Virus record (IMG/VR): IMGVR_UViG_2765236003_000003 | Span: 753-64,752 of that record | DNA from: a virus | Reading direction: 5' to 3' (one strand) | DNA length: 64,000 bases | In this document: one piece after another, positions 18,483 through 28,537 of the stretch | How positions within the stretch are numbered: position 1 is the stretch's first letter | Layout: every line of letters begins with the position of its first letter | The notes under the pieces: generated by a model | Seen by the model: only the letters and a program-made list of their open reading frames with translations | What the model was told of the DNA's origin: nothing | Database searches by the model: none | Program-made: the position numbers and the translations under genes

Positions 18483-19682
18483 TCAGTAGTGGAAGGAGTC
18501 CGAGCGCTTCAGGGTGAGGACCACGGTGCCGTCCGCGCTGATCTCGTCGGAGACGATCCGGTGCCACACGTCGACGTCGCCGACCCACGGGACGTGGACC
18601 TGGACGCGTATGTCGTCGCCGAGTTGCCAGGAGCCGAGCCGCGCGTTGGGGTGGTCGATGATCTGGATAGCGGGGATCTGAAGTGCCTGCGTTCGGCCGG
18701 CAAGTTCTTGCTGCCCGCGGGTGCTCAGGGACTTGGCCGAGGAGAGCGTCTTGTCGGTGACCGTCGCGACGCGCCGCAACCGCCCGTCGTACCGGTGGAC
18801 CTGGGCGCGCGCCATCTTGCGGCCTTCACCCTTGCCGAGGACCACGACCTCGTTGGCGTAGTCGTCGCCCATCCCCTCCGGCTTGGCAATGGCGATCAGG
18901 TTCTCGCCGTCGGCGAACCGCAGGTCAGTGCGCTTGCGGCCGAGGCGTGGTGTGCCGAGGCGGAGCCGGTGCTCGATGGTGTTGCCCGAGCCTGACCAGG
19001 CGTGTGTCTCGATCCAGTCGAACGGCGTGGTGGACGTCAGGGTGTCGAGGGTCTGGCCGCAGTCCGGGTTGTCCCACCAGGCCAGCTCCCAGGGGTTCTT
19101 GCCGTCGCTGGTACCGAGGAGTTCGCCGAGCTTATGGGTGTCGATCTTCAGGCCGATGTTCCCGTACGGCTTGCCCTGGACGTGAGCCCAGATCTTGCGG
19201 AACGCGTCGTACACGTCGATCCGCGGGCCGCCGTACGGCTTCGGCGGGTCCGGCACGCGCTGCTTCCCCTTCTTCCCGTCGACCCAGCCGTCATGGTTCT
19301 TGTCTTTTCCGGCATAGGGGTCTCGCGGGGTGATGAGGGCTCCGGAGATCATGTAGTCCTCGTACGGGATGCCCTGCGGGTAGCAGGAGAAGCCCTCGCA
19401 CTGGATGCTCGCCTGCGGTCCGTCGTACGACGTCTTCGTGACGATGCCGCCCCACCGGATCACACCGTCGATCTCCAGGTAGAGCTTGGTGTTCCAATCC
19501 TGCAAGACCGGCTTCTTGTCCGGGCCGAGCATCCGCGCGTATTCGGGCTCGATCGTGCCTGCCATCGCGCCGGGGCCGGAGAGGTCGCGCTTGGGATTGC
19601 TGTTGAGCGCGAACGGGACTTCCCAGTCCAGGATCTCTTCGGGCAGGGCGCGCTGTGCGATGAACCGCCACCCGGCCGGCAT
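18483..19682 (-). CDS. Minor tail protein (Gp37/Tal-like)
   Basis: RDLSGPG, WGGIV, YANEVVVLGKGEG and LGDDIRV motifs of actinophage tail-tip proteins. Confidence 0.8.
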   Translation of the reverse strand: MPAGWRFIAQRALPEEILDWEVPFALNSNPKRDLSGPGAMAGTIEPEYARMLGPDKKPVLQDWNTKLYLEIDGVIRWGGIVTKTSYDGPQASIQCEGFSCYPQGIPYEDYMISGALITPRDPYAGKDKNHDGWVDGKKGKQRVPDPPKPYGGPRIDVYDAFRKIWAHVQGKPYGNIGLKIDTHKLGELLGTSDGKNPWELAWWDNPDCGQTLDTLTSTTPFDWIETHAWSGSGNTIEHRLRLGTPRLGRKRTDLRFADGENLIAIAKPEGMGDDYANEVVVLGKGEGRKMARAQVHRYDGRLRRVATVTDKTLSSAKSLSTRGQQELAGRTQALQIPAIQIIDHPNARLGSWQLGDDIRVQVHVPWVGDVDVWHRIVSDEISADGTVVLTLKRSDSFHY

Positions 19683-20659
19683 CAGATCTCTTCCTCGTCG
19701 GGGGCCTCGACGAATTCGACGTCGGCGACGATCGACGTGGAGCCGTCCACGGACAGGTCACCCGTCTCGATCTTCGACATGTACGTCTGGAGGTAGAGCC
19801 GCTGAGTGGTGCCGCGCAGTGAGCTGCCGATGCTCATGTTGTCGGCGATCACCACGGTCTGGCGCCGGGTCTGGTTCCCCGTGTCGTCGTCGATCACGGT
19901 GTTCTGGCCCTGGATCGTGCCGAACACGTTCTGCATCGAGGCGAAGACGTCAGCCTTCGTCATGCGCAGCCCCGCGATGGTGGTGATGATCTTCAGGCGT
20001 GTGGCCCATGTCGGCACGTCGATGTCCCAACGTGCGGGTTCCCCAGGCCAGTTGTGCCACTTGTTGTCGGAGTACGTGAGCGTTGACAAGGAGGAGGGGA
20101 ACGCGGTGTAGATCCGGCGGTCCCGGCGGGGAGCGACCATCGAGCGCAGGTCCTTGATCATGGCCTGGGTGATGGTCGTGGTGTTCGCCGGGATGTCGAT
20201 GCGGGCGAGCGCGATGGCGGAGTCCGAGCCTCGGACCTGTCGCACGCTCGTTGTGGTCTTCGAGACGCCGCTGATCACGCGGGTGTAGACGTACGGGCCA
20301 GTCTTCGGATCGGACGGGTTGGGCCAGGTCTCGCCGTAGCTGTAGGGGTTTTCCACGCGGGCGACGATCAGGTCCGAGCGGGCGGAGACACCGGTCGCGG
20401 CGATCGGAACCTGGTCGGCGACGGGCAGGCGGGCGGCGTACGCCTGGTAGTTGCCGCCCTGAGCGCGGTTGATGATGGCGCACGCCCCGGTGCGGATCTG
20501 CACGGCAGCCGCCGGGGTGCTGAGCGCTTTCACCTGAAGGTCCGCCGAGCCGACCACGCCCTCCGCACCGCCGAACGCGGCGTACGCCAGGAGCCTGGCG
20601 ACCTCCGAACTGTGCTCCGCGCCGCCTTCCGTGAACCACGGAACCGAGTCCCACGCCAT
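19682..20659 (-). CDS. Minor tail protein
   Basis: MAWDSVPWFTEGGAEHS; RSDLIVARVENP; IALARIDIPA; GGAGG RBS. Confidence 0.8.
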   Translation of the reverse strand: MAWDSVPWFTEGGAEHSSEVARLLAYAAFGGAEGVVGSADLQVKALSTPAAAVQIRTGACAIINRAQGGNYQAYAARLPVADQVPIAATGVSARSDLIVARVENPYSYGETWPNPSDPKTGPYVYTRVISGVSKTTTSVRQVRGSDSAIALARIDIPANTTTITQAMIKDLRSMVAPRRDRRIYTAFPSSLSTLTYSDNKWHNWPGEPARWDIDVPTWATRLKIITTIAGLRMTKADVFASMQNVFGTIQGQNTVIDDDTGNQTRRQTVVIADNMSIGSSLRGTTQRLYLQTYMSKIETGDLSVDGSTSIVADVEFVEAPDEEEI

Positions 20660-20697
20660 GCCGTTTCCTCCACTGGTTTCTAGGCGAACCGGCGAGG

Positions 20698-20728
20698 AGT
20701 TTTGAGCTGGCGAATCGCTTGTGTCGCG
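20698..20728 (-). promoter_or_regulatory. Conserved phage promoter copy 6
   Basis: CGCGAC-acaagcgattcgccagctc(19)-AAAACT. Confidence 0.7.
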
Positions 20729-20874
20729 TACTGACAGGCTGCGGGCCACGCCTTGGTGAGAATCTCCGGTCTTCAATGCCTTGAGCGGGCAGCCAACCGC
20801 GGACGCCGTCGGGGGCGTGGCGTTCACGGCCTGACGCTCTTGCAGCGAACCACGGCAGGCCCGATGCTCAGGCG

Positions 20875-21504
20875 ATGTCCAACCTTGAAGCGGTAGTCGC
20901 GCTGATCAGCGGCCTTGGTGGTGCAAGTATTGGGGCCGTTGGCGCCATGTTGGTGCAACGCTCGGCCAGTAAGCAGCAGGTTGCCGCAGCCGAACGAGCA
21001 AGAGCGACGGCTGTGATGCAGGCAAAGCGGGACAGAGATGAACAGAGTAGGGCCATGGCAGCAGAAGCGCTCGGGGCCGCGCGGGCAACCGCAAGGCTGT
21101 GGCTCCTTCTGGTTGAACGAACCGCACAAGACTTCCAAGACGGCCGCACCCTCAATGCGGAGGCGCTCGATTCAGAATTGGATCAGCTGCAGCGGGATTT
21201 TGTCAGCGCGATTTACCGCGCTGGGAGTTTTAGACGGGGTGACGTCGGCACCGCTTCCCCGCCAGCCCTGGGAATCCTATATCGCCCCTACGTCGAGAAA
21301 TTCGCGCAAGCCGCTGCACCAGCCAGGGTGGAGATCCTTTCGATGTCATCAGGGACTGCATCGTCAAGTACTGTGCAAGCCATGGTTCTTCAAGTTAGGT
21401 CCACACAACAGATGATCAACGCGCTGTTGATCAAGCACATCGAGGACCTGAATCGAGAACCAATGTCGCTGGCTCTTCACGGTCCGTCCACTCCCTATAG
21501 GTAG
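20875..21504 (+). CDS. Single-TM hypothetical protein (moron)
   Basis: N-terminal TM followed by helical domain; antisense within tail operon; atypical codons. Confidence 0.7.
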   Translation: MSNLEAVVALISGLGGASIGAVGAMLVQRSASKQQVAAAERARATAVMQAKRDRDEQSRAMAAEALGAARATARLWLLLVERTAQDFQDGRTLNAEALDSELDQLQRDFVSAIYRAGSFRRGDVGTASPPALGILYRPYVEKFAQAAAPARVEILSMSSGTASSSTVQAMVLQVRSTQQMINALLIKHIEDLNREPMSLALHGPSTPYR

Positions 21505-22436
21505 GCGTACGCGTCGCGCCAGGCGACCGTCATGTACGCGGTACCGGTGTTGTCCGTACCGCGCAGCACGAAGTCCTGTCGGCCGACGGGCAACCGCATG
21601 TCCTCGAGACGCGGCGTGCCGCGGTAGAGGAGCCCGGCCACCGACGCGCTGCCGTTGTGCAGCACCGTCCTGGCCCACGGCCGGGTGTCGATGGTGACGC
21701 GCTCCCCGACGCCGAGGGTGAGGTTGAGGGATGCCCTCCAGCGGCCGACGACTTCGCATACGGGCTGGGTGATCGGCCCCCAGAACGTGATGACAGGCCA
21801 AGTCGCTTTGGTTCCCCGCACGGTGACGTCCCCGGCGACCTTGCCGCTGCTCTCGCCGGTCATCGTCAGTGGCGTCGTCAGGGGGCCGACGAGACCTCGG
21901 TGCGGCGGGGGCTGAATGTCCACGCGGACGCTCTGCTCGACGTCGTCGTACGCGGTGTCGTCGACGCAGGCGAAGTTGGCCACTACGGGCGTGTAGCCCT
22001 GCCGGGTCAGCTTCGATGCGGCGGGCGCCCACTTGCGGGGGCGGCCGTAGAAGCGGCGGGCCCGGCCGCCCTGCGTCGTGGAGAGCACCGCGGGGGTGGC
22101 GAAGCGCAGGCGCAGCGCCTCGGCATCCCACGCTTGCCCGAACACGGACAGGCGGTCCAGGGCGGCGCCGTGCCTGCCCTGCTGTGTGAGCGCGTCGTCG
22201 ACGGCGTCGACACCGACCTCTAACGTGATGGTCGCCGCGGCCTTGAAGTCCTGCCCGAATCGAATGCCGTCGGCGCGCGGCAGTGGAGTGTCCCCGGTAT
22301 CTGGGTCGCCGTACGCGATCTCGTACGGCTCCAGCAGGTAGTAGCCGGAGCGGATCGTGCCGAACGTGAACGAAGCGCCGGGGTGTACGCCGTTGGCGCT
22401 GTACGACAGTTTCCATTCGCCCTCAGCCAGCGACAT
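21495..22436 (-). CDS. Distal tail (Dit)-like protein
   Basis: Directly after tape measure gene; RRFYGRPR, TWPVITFWGP and TIDTRPWAR motifs. Confidence 0.8.
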   Translation of the reverse strand: MSLAEGEWKLSYSANGVHPGASFTFGTIRSGYYLLEPYEIAYGDPDTGDTPLPRADGIRFGQDFKAAATITLEVGVDAVDDALTQQGRHGAALDRLSVFGQAWDAEALRLRFATPAVLSTTQGGRARRFYGRPRKWAPAASKLTRQGYTPVVANFACVDDTAYDDVEQSVRVDIQPPPHRGLVGPLTTPLTMTGESSGKVAGDVTVRGTKATWPVITFWGPITQPVCEVVGRWRASLNLTLGVGERVTIDTRPWARTVLHNGSASVAGLLYRGTPRLEDMRLPVGRQDFVLRGTDNTGTAYMTVAWRDAYAYL

Positions 22437-25400
22437 GGGCACCTCCCCGGCGTATGCGGCGCAGCTCGAACATCGCGTCGTTCAGGGCCTCTCCTGGGGT
22501 CATGGGACGGCTGGTCATCGTGAGGTTGAGGTCTCCGCCGACGAGGGCGGGGCTGACGGCTTGTGGAGCAGAGGCTCGCGGGGCGGCCGCGCGGGTGCCG
22601 CGGTTGATGGCCACGGCGCCGTCGGCGTACTGGCGCAGAGCCCCGTTGGCCCAGGCAACGACGCCGCCGAACTCGCGCACGACTTGCTCGACGATCTGCT
22701 TGGACCTGGTCCGCTTCGACGCGCCCAGGGGCACATAGGCTTCGCCGCCGGTCTCTGGCTCCGCCCACAGTCGCCACTCGCCGGGGCGGGCGATCTGCGC
22801 AACGTGCCGCTCGGCTCCGGCGGCGAACGCCTTGATGCGGTTGCCGGCGCGCCGGATGCCGCCGTTGGCGAAGCGGACGATGCCGCCGTCAGCGTGCTCG
22901 GAGACGTACGGCTTGCCCCTGGTCGTGTACTCGACAGTGACGCGCACGGTCTTGCCCGTCAGGCTGTTGATCTTCCGCTGAATGGCTTGGACGTTGGAGT
23001 TCGCCGTGCCGGTGGGCGCGGTGATCTCGACCTTCTTGCCCTTGAGTTCCTTGACCTTGAAACCCAGGTCCTTGATCATCTGCTGCGCCGTCTTCGTCGG
23101 CGCTTCCATCTTCAGCTTCTTGCCGGGCGGAAGGGCGGCGACCTTGTCGCGGATCGCGGTCAGGTCGCCAGTCGCCTTCTTGATGATGGCGTTGACCGTG
23201 ACGTTCTTCCGGTTCGGCGCGTTCGCGATATCCGCGGCGAGGGTGGCGATGTCGACGCGCGCACCCTTCGTCGGGGCGGTGATCTTGACGTTCTTGCCGC
23301 CGGGCAGGGTCTGCACCTTGAACCCGAGGAGTTCGAGCTGCTTGCGCGCGTCGGCGGTCGGCGCCTTGACGGTGATCGACTTCCCGTTGCCGAGGCCGTC
23401 GAGCTTGCCGCGCAGTCCGAGGATCTGGGCTGTGGACTCCGGGATGCCCTTGGTCGTCATCAACGTGGTGACGGTGTCCGGGATGAACCCCATCTGGTCG
23501 GCGAGGGCCTTCGCCTGCTCCTTGGGGATGCCCATGTCGATCGCGAGCTGGATCGCCTTCGCGCGCGCCCGCTCCATCGCGCCCTGACCCTTGTCCATCG
23601 CTTCAGACATGGGCATCAGGCCCTGCTCCGCGGCTTCCTGCGCCTTGGTGGCGACGCCGAGCATCGAGTCCCGCAGTTCCGTGAGCTGGCTGTTGAGTGT
23701 CTGGCCGTTGCGTGAGGCGGTGTTCACCAGGCCGTCGCTGTCGACGAGGGCCTTGCCCCAGCCCTCGGCCCGGTCGATGTTGCCCTTCATCGTGTCGTCG
23801 ATCTGCAACATCACGGAGTTGAGCTGCGCGGTCGTGTCGTGGAAGGACTGCGTGTTGCCGTTGAGGGCGTCGAGCGCGCGCTTGAGGTTGTCGACTCGGT
23901 CGTCGGCGCTCTTGGTCTTGTCGCTGAAGCCCTGCACGGCGGCTTGAAGGCGGTCGTACGCCGATGTGCCCGTTGTGCCGCTGCCGTTGATGGCGGTGGC
24001 GAGTTCCTTCTGCTTCTTCTGGCTAGCTTCCAGCTCGCCGCGGATGCTCTTGAGCGCGTCGGCGGCGCGAATCGCAGGCAAGCCGATTTCGTCGGAGTAG
24101 ACGTAAGAGCCGCCCGCGGCGGTGGACAACCAAACCTTGTTCGACTCGGCGGTTGCCTCCAGTTCCTTCTGGAGCTTTTCCAGGGAAGTGCCTTGGCCGA
24201 GGTAGGCGTTCGTCAGCTCGCCGAGGTCGACCTTGGCCTTCCTCATCATGTCGACCAACTTGCCCTTGCCGTCTGCAAGTTCGGTGTCCTGCAAGAGCTG
24301 AGCGGCCTGGGCCCTGACGTTCGCGTCGATCGCGCCGCCGGAGTCGGCGAGGGCCTGCGAGAGCTGGTCGATCCGGTCCTGGTGGGCCTTGGCGGCGCGG
24401 GCCGCCTCTTCCTGCCGGGACGCCAGCAGACCAAGCCCGATCGTGACACCTGCCATGGCGATGCCGAGCGGACCGCCGAGCGCGGAGACCATGCCGCCCA
24501 TCGCGCTGGACGCGACCCGGTTCGCTGCTCCGAGGCCCCGCAGGGTGCCAGACAGGCGGCTGCCTTCGGAGGAGGCGGTGCGGTAGGCGCCGCCCATGCG
24601 CTGCCACATGGTGGCCTGCGGGCCGATCACTCCGGGGGCGAGCGTTCCCCGCATCACCGTGCCCAGCGACGTCGCCGAGCGGGTGGCCGTGGCCACGGAG
24701 GTGCCGAAGCCGCGCAGCATCGTCGAGACGCCGCTGATCACCTTCAGCGCGAGCATCGTGCCGAGGAGCATGGCCAGCGCAGTGTTGGCGCCGGGGATCA
24801 CGCTCATGATCGAGTTAAAGGCGTGCAGCAGGCCGTTGAAGGTGACCAGGAGTACGCCGAGCCCGCTGCCGGCCGCCGACAGGTTGCCGATCGCGGTGGC
24901 CAGGTTGGAGACGAGGCTGATCAGCGCGGGACCGATCGAGTGCCCGATGGCATTGAAGAACGTGCCGAGCGCCGGCATCAGCTCGGTCCTGATCTGCCGG
25001 ATCAGGTCGGTGATGCCGTTGTCTTTCGCGGCCCGGCCAAGGCCGCGAAAGAAGTCCCCGGCGAGGCGGTTCAACTCATGGAACGTCGGCGCCGCGTCGG
25101 AGAAGAACTGCTTCATCGACGCCTGGCCCTTGGCCGAGTTCGCCCATCGGTTGAACCGGGTCATGGTGCCCTCAAGGCCGTCCAGGAGGGCGTTGCCGGT
25201 GTCCTTGGCGGCCTTGCCGACGCCCCCGAGCCCCTTGATCAGGTCAACGGAGGAGCGGCCGAGCTGCTTGGCCTTGTTCCCGGCTTCGTCGAGGAACCGG
25301 GCGAGGGAGCCGGTCTCGCGCCCGGCCTGGACCGAGGCGCGCATCCATCGCGTGACACCTTCGGCGCCGCGGCTGACCCGTTCGACAAAAGGGCCGGAGG

Positions 25401-26466
25401 CCGCCAGGAAGTCGAGGCTCGCGTGCCCGAGGTTGGCGAGCCCATCGGTCATGTGACCGATGGCTGTGCTGTTGGTGGCCGCGATCTTCTTGAAGTCCTG
25501 GCGGAACGGGCCGCTCTGCATGAACTGAGCGCCGCGCTTGGCCAGGTTGCCCATCTGGCCTGCGGTGTCACCGAGGGAGTCCCGCAGCAGGGGCAGCACT
25601 GCGCCCGAGAGCGGCTTGATCTCGTCCGCAACCTGGGAGAAGAAACGTTCCTGCACGGACTGGCGCATCTTGCGCCACGCTCCGCTCAGGGAGGCGACCG
25701 TGGTGACGGACTTGCGGGCGGAAGTGGACAGTCCGTCGAGTGATTGCTTGAGAGCATCCTGCTGGGCTTTGGTTAGCTTGGCGCCGTTGGCGGCCTGTCG
25801 CTGCGCCTTGAGGGTCTGCTTCAGAGCCTCGCCGAACCCGCCGAAGGCCACCTTCGTGCCGATCGCCGCGGTGCCGGCCGCGGTGATCAGGCCGGGTATC
25901 GCGCCGAGGACGCCGACCGCCGGGGCGGCGGCGGAGACGAGCGCGGTGAGCCCGGCGCCGTACTGGGTGAGCGCGGCGACAGCGGGTTGGGCGAGGGAAA
26001 GCAGAGAGCCGATGCCGAGCATCCGCATCGGCCCGCGGCCGCGCGGGAGCCGCATCCGCACCGGCACGCTGACCGGGGTGCGATCGGCTTCGCCCTGCGC
26101 GCCGCGGATCAGATCGCGGACACCGGAGAGCAGGCCCCCGCTGCGGCTGTGGCTGTCCGAGTCGCCGTCGGGGCGGACAGGCACGCGGACATCCGTCCCG
26201 GCGATGCGGCGCGCGATGCCGTCCAGCTCCGTGCGGAGCCGCTGGTCGTCGACCTTGATCTTGACCTTGGCGCTGACGCCCTTCGACGCCTCCTTGACGG
26301 CGGCTTCGAGCTTCTTGCGCAGGTTCTTGTCGTCGACCTTGACCTTGACCTTGACGGCCAGGCCCTCGGCAGCCGCCTCGACCTTCGTGCGCAGCTCGCG
26401 CGCGAAGTTGGCGAGGTCGGCGACGACCGGCACGTCCAGGCGGCCAGCCTGAAGGCCCTCAGCCAC
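22423..26466 (-). CDS. Tape measure protein
   Basis: ~1,347 aa, Ala/Gly/Leu-rich helical; C-terminal HADGG...WAEPETGGEAYVPL. Confidence 0.92.
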   Translation of the reverse strand: MAEGLQAGRLDVPVVADLANFARELRTKVEAAAEGLAVKVKVKVDDKNLRKKLEAAVKEASKGVSAKVKIKVDDQRLRTELDGIARRIAGTDVRVPVRPDGDSDSHSRSGGLLSGVRDLIRGAQGEADRTPVSVPVRMRLPRGRGPMRMLGIGSLLSLAQPAVAALTQYGAGLTALVSAAAPAVGVLGAIPGLITAAGTAAIGTKVAFGGFGEALKQTLKAQRQAANGAKLTKAQQDALKQSLDGLSTSARKSVTTVASLSGAWRKMRQSVQERFFSQVADEIKPLSGAVLPLLRDSLGDTAGQMGNLAKRGAQFMQSGPFRQDFKKIAATNSTAIGHMTDGLANLGHASLDFLAASGPFVERVSRGAEGVTRWMRASVQAGRETGSLARFLDEAGNKAKQLGRSSVDLIKGLGGVGKAAKDTGNALLDGLEGTMTRFNRWANSAKGQASMKQFFSDAAPTFHELNRLAGDFFRGLGRAAKDNGITDLIRQIRTELMPALGTFFNAIGHSIGPALISLVSNLATAIGNLSAAGSGLGVLLVTFNGLLHAFNSIMSVIPGANTALAMLLGTMLALKVISGVSTMLRGFGTSVATATRSATSLGTVMRGTLAPGVIGPQATMWQRMGGAYRTASSEGSRLSGTLRGLGAANRVASSAMGGMVSALGGPLGIAMAGVTIGLGLLASRQEEAARAAKAHQDRIDQLSQALADSGGAIDANVRAQAAQLLQDTELADGKGKLVDMMRKAKVDLGELTNAYLGQGTSLEKLQKELEATAESNKVWLSTAAGGSYVYSDEIGLPAIRAADALKSIRGELEASQKKQKELATAINGSGTTGTSAYDRLQAAVQGFSDKTKSADDRVDNLKRALDALNGNTQSFHDTTAQLNSVMLQIDDTMKGNIDRAEGWGKALVDSDGLVNTASRNGQTLNSQLTELRDSMLGVATKAQEAAEQGLMPMSEAMDKGQGAMERARAKAIQLAIDMGIPKEQAKALADQMGFIPDTVTTLMTTKGIPESTAQILGLRGKLDGLGNGKSITVKAPTADARKQLELLGFKVQTLPGGKNVKITAPTKGARVDIATLAADIANAPNRKNVTVNAIIKKATGDLTAIRDKVAALPPGKKLKMEAPTKTAQQMIKDLGFKVKELKGKKVEITAPTGTANSNVQAIQRKINSLTGKTVRVTVEYTTRGKPYVSEHADGGIVRFANGGIRRAGNRIKAFAAGAERHVAQIARPGEWRLWAEPETGGEAYVPLGASKRTRSKQIVEQVVREFGGVVAWANGALRQYADGAVAINRGTRAAAPRASAPQAVSPALVGGDLNLTMTSRPMTPGEALNDAMFELRRIRRGGAHVAG

Positions 26467-27273
26467 TGCGGACCATTCCTCTCTGCATCGCGGCCGCGAG
26501 CATCTGCCGGTGCCCCGTGAGCTTGGGGGCGGGCTGCGGCTGCGACCGCGCGCCGGTCCGCTCGGGAGCGGCTTCGGCGGGGTTGAACGGGCGAGGGATG
26601 GACGTTGGCTCGTCACGTCGCCGGTCGGCGGCCAGGATGCTGACCTCTTCGATCAGCTGCGCCAGGAGTTCCGTCTCCTTGGTCCACCCGTTGATCTGGG
26701 CGGACTGGACGCGGGAGTCCTCAGGGAGGCCGTCGACCAGGACGATCAGACGCCTCAGTCCGAGGAAGCCGGGCTCTCCTGGCTGTCGCCAGACTCCTCG
26801 GGCATCGAGCCCGTGGTATCGGCTGAGGTCGGACTCGACGTCTCCCCATCGCTCCTGGAGGAGTCGCCCAGTCCGAAGGACTTTCCCAGGTCAACGCCGT
26901 AGACCTTGATCAGGCCAGTGGTGAGGCGGACGTACGCGGGCAGGGAGGGGCGCAGCGTCTTGAACCGCTCGTACTCCTCGTTGCCGAGAAGGATGCGGTG
27001 CACCTCGTATATGGCCTCGACGAACTGGCGCGGGAGGTGAGGGCGCTTGAAGATCAGGTCGATGACGACGGTGGCGGTCGGGTTCTCGCTCGCGTTGATG
27101 ACGTCGCGGAGCAGGCCGACCAGGTCCAGGTCGTCGGAGAGTAGGGGGTCCAGGGTCTCGGCGGGCAGTTCGGACGGGTAGATGAACTGCTCGCCCCGGT
27201 ACTTCACCGGGATGCCGTGGGGGTGGCGGACCTCGCGGCGTTCGGCGGCGTCGAGGTCGATTGCGAAGGACAT
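26459..27273 (-). CDS. Tail assembly chaperone, -1 frameshifted long form
   Basis: Slippery G GGA AAG at 26887-26881; -1 frame stays open (…DVESDLSRYHGLD…LIVLVDGLPEDS…) to TGA at 26459. Confidence 0.8.
26755..27273 (-). CDS. Tail assembly chaperone, short form
   Basis: Between major tail and tape measure genes; ...YGVDLGK slip site. Confidence 0.85.
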   Translation of the reverse strand: MSFAIDLDAAERREVRHPHGIPVKYRGEQFIYPSELPAETLDPLLSDDLDLVGLLRDVINASENPTATVVIDLIFKRPHLPRQFVEAIYEVHRILLGNEEYERFKTLRPSLPAYVRLTTGLIKVYGVDLGKSFGLGDSSRSDGETSSPTSADTTGSMPEESGDSQESPASSD

Positions 27274-27326
27274 GCGGGGCGGGCCTCTCGTGTGCGGGCT
27301 GAGTCGCGGAGTGCGACAGCGCGCGG

Positions 27327-27357
27327 ACACTGACAAGCGGGTGCGGTCTGTGTCGCG
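27327..27357 (-). promoter_or_regulatory. Conserved phage promoter copy 7
   Basis: CGCGAC-acagaccgcacccgcttgt(19)-CAGTGT. Confidence 0.7.
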
Positions 27358-27375
27358 CGCTGCCGCGACGAGAGG

Positions 27376-27975
27376 TCAGCCGCCCGCCGGCGGCGCGGGC
27401 GGAGCGAAGCTGGGGTCGTTCGTGATCACGTACCAGGCGTCGGAGTCGTCACCGCCCTGCACCGCCAGTCGCAGCGGCAGCACGGCTTCCTTCGTCTTGG
27501 CCAACTCGGTGTTGACGCCCTCCATCTGCATGGTGCGCGGCACCATGTACCGGTAGCTCTTGCCGCCATCGATCACCTCGATGCACGCGGCGATCTCGGT
27601 ACGGCCGCCGATCCGGGGCGGCGTGAACTTGTAGTGCTTCTTGGTGTCCGCTGCCGTGATCTCGGTGATGTCGCCGCCGCCGTACACGGCGCGGAAGTTC
27701 TCGCCGGACCACTGCTGAAGGTCGACCTCGATCGTCGAGGCGTCCTGGGTCTGGAAGGTCCGGGTCGGGTACGAGGACTGCGCGGAGCGAACTTGCTCGA
27801 AGTTCGGCTCGTTGTTGAACTTCAGGCTGTCCTCGGTGGTGAGGCCAACGGCTCGCCACTCGGCGGGCATCGCAACGGTGGCGTCGGCGGGCGCGGTGGT
27901 GCCGACCTCTGCGAGCCACACGCGGGTGAGCGAAGGGATGACGATCTGGGTGTTGTTGGCGGTCTCGCCTGCCAT
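27376..27975 (-). CDS. Major tail protein
   Basis: VWLAEVGTTAP...WRAVGLTTEDSL siphoviral tail-tube pattern; position. Confidence 0.88.
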   Translation of the reverse strand: MAGETANNTQIVIPSLTRVWLAEVGTTAPADATVAMPAEWRAVGLTTEDSLKFNNEPNFEQVRSAQSSYPTRTFQTQDASTIEVDLQQWSGENFRAVYGGGDITEITAADTKKHYKFTPPRIGGRTEIAACIEVIDGGKSYRYMVPRTMQMEGVNTELAKTKEAVLPLRLAVQGGDDSDAWYVITNDPSFAPPAPPAGG

Positions 27976-28015
27976 GACGGGCTTCTCCCTGGGGGTCCGG
28001 TGATCGGGCCCCGGC

Positions 28016-28046
28016 ACAGTGGGGAGAGCGGTGGGTTAACGTCGCG
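28016..28046 (-). promoter_or_regulatory. Conserved phage promoter copy 8
   Basis: CGCGAC-gttaacccaccgctctccc(19)-CACTGT. Confidence 0.75.
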
Positions 28047-28061
28047 TGCTGACCGGCGGAG

Positions 28062-28529
28062 CTATGGCGCTTCCCACAGGGTCCGCGAGACGTGCTCAGT
28101 GCCGGTGGGAGTGCGAGGCCGCGAGGCGCAGTGCCAGCCACCCCGCGGCGGGCGCCGCGCGATGACCCGCCATCCGGCGCCGCGCAGGCTCGCTCCGGAC
28201 TCGCCGTCCTGCGTGTAGGTGATCAGCCGGGCGTAGCCGAGCGCCTGCGCCGCACGCCAGCAGGCCCCGTACAGAAGGCTGTTGGCGTTTCGGACCCCGT
28301 CGGTCGCGGTGCGGGTGACCTCCAGCGTCTCGCCGTCGTCGAGGTGCCGGGCGACGGGCCGACCGACGATCGCGACGGCCCGCAGCACCCCGTGCTGGTC
28401 GGCGGCACCGACGGTGAAGACGGCGCCGGGCGGAGGCTTGTGGTGGCGGTGCCACTGGGCGACGAAGTCCTTCGCCTGCTTCTGCCGCAGAGGGACCAGG
28501 TGCAGGCGCACCCTGCTGTCGGCGCTCAC
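28062..28529 (-). CDS. XF1762-family / Mom-like GNAT-fold protein
   Basis: WHRHHKP, AIVGRPVAR, LEVTRTATDG, NSLLYG, ITYTQDGESGASLRGAGW. Confidence 0.8.
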   Translation of the reverse strand: MSADSRVRLHLVPLRQKQAKDFVAQWHRHHKPPPGAVFTVGAADQHGVLRAVAIVGRPVARHLDDGETLEVTRTATDGVRNANSLLYGACWRAAQALGYARLITYTQDGESGASLRGAGWRVIARRPPRGGWHCASRPRTPTGTEHVSRTLWEAP

Positions 28530-28537
28530 GAGCCCGC

